Positions 23,387-23,993 of a stretch of DNA of 23,993 nt are shown here, one piece after another. Position 1 is the stretch's first letter, and the number at the start of each line of letters is the position of its first letter. The stretch spans positions 14,128 through 38,120 of the forward strand of contig JAAOMT010000642.1 in the NCBI GenBank assembly GCA_016748015.1, given 5' to 3'. A model generated the notes under the pieces. That model was not told the DNA's origin, did not search any database, and saw nothing but the letters and a program-made list of their open reading frames with translations. This stretch comes from Geosiphon pyriformis uo1. Taxonomy: Eukaryota; Fungi; Glomeromycota. Position numbers and translations under genes: made by a program.

Positions 23387-23584
23387 TTATTATTATTATT
23401 ATTATTATGCTTTAACAAAGTGAGGTCCTTCCACAACCTACAAAACACACGTGTTCTACAATAGGCGCTTTCTGCACGTGACCAGTCACCTGGACTAAGC
23501 ATTATCGAAATATAAGAAACTGAAACTGAAACTGAAACCGAAACCAAACCGAAGTAGCAACATATAATTATATTAATATAGTTT
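23387..23584 (-). mobile_element. 198-bp retroposed insert (SINE-like element or 5'-truncated LINE 3' end) with a (TAA)n tail
   Basis: Absent from repeat A copy 1. Flanked by TAATTAAA at 23379-23386 and 23585-23592. Ends in a (TAA)n tail on the minus strand. Shares two motifs with the 3' UTR of the 15092-21744 LINE. Contains a (GAAAC[T/C])n microsatellite at 23516-23553. Confidence 0.7.
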
Positions 23585-23795
23585 TAATTAAAAATTATTA
23601 GTAAATTACTTATATCAAACATTGAATAATTTATTAATTTAAAGTATTACACAAATTCAATATATTTTATTTAAGTAATTAAAATTAATCTTAATAATTT
23701 AATTAGATTTCTTGAACAAACCTCAGATAACATTATTATTGTAAAATAAAAATTAAATGACTATCTATTGTAACATGACATAGGCCCAAGCCCAA

Positions 23796-23951
23796 TTAGA
23801 CCTGCACTTTCGCTTTTTTCAGAGTTGGCATACACACATATAAATGGCACTTATTTTCGTTTCGAAATCGTTTTTGGAGCCCAGCCTCCTCAAGTGATTG
23901 GATCGTTGGACCATTTGGTTGAACTGCCTTTATTGTCTCTCGCACCACAGC
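23796..23951 (-). CDS. Terminal exon of a gene entering from the right edge (paralog of the 6051-6669 REase-like pseudogene)
   Basis: Branch-site-like CTAAA and a CAG acceptor at 23954-23952, then open frame AVVRETIKAVQPNGPTIQSLEEAGLQKRFRNENKCHLYVCMPTLKKAKVQV*. Whether the whole gene is intact cannot be seen from this window. Confidence 0.6.
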   Translation of the reverse strand, partial: AVVRETIKAVQPNGPTIQSLEEAGLQKRFRNENKCHLYVCMPTLKKAKVQV

Positions 23952-23993
23952 CTGTCATTCATAAATACTTTAGCTTTATACATTATAACTGAT

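Larger units (their letters stand above)
23299..23993 (-). repeat. Repeat A, copy 2 (less mutated; continues beyond the window)
   Basis: Inverted match to 6478-6966 with an extra 198 bp at 23387-23584. Confidence 0.9.

Noticed and set aside
23228-23480. CACGTG E-box cluster as a promoter
   Set aside because: The two perfect sites lie inside the retroposed insert, downstream of the only nearby gene; no adjacent gene start.
23323-23547. 74-aa ORF MVSVSVSVS...NNNNNNN
   Set aside because: It is built from two microsatellites in the retroposed insert and crosses the insert boundary.

Overview
Very AT-rich eukaryotic DNA with GT-AG introns. From recalled family resemblance it looks like a Mucoromycota/Glomeromycotina fungus (Geosiphon-like); this is inference. 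1-2.8 kb: a head-to-head pair of secreted class-3 lipase-fold genes; in the complete one the catalytic Ser and His appear replaced. 3.6-10.3 kb: decayed genes (a P-loop NTPase, a PD-(D/E)XK/REase-like gene, unknowns) and a candidate small secreted protein. 10.85-22.0 kb: an old, extremely GC-to-AT-mutated RNase H-bearing LINE (+ strand) into which a full-length 6.65-kb related LINE inserted in antisense, with poly(A), a 10-bp TSD and a TTTT/AA nick site. The right end holds a less-mutated inverted paralog of the 6.5-7.0 kb segment, carrying a 198-bp retroposed insert that shares LINE 3'-UTR motifs. Comparing the duplicated copies within the window shows strongly directional C>T/G>A hypermutation that is not limited to CpG and is concentrated in repeats. 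This looks like a RIP-like genome defence. All alignments and translations were done by eye.
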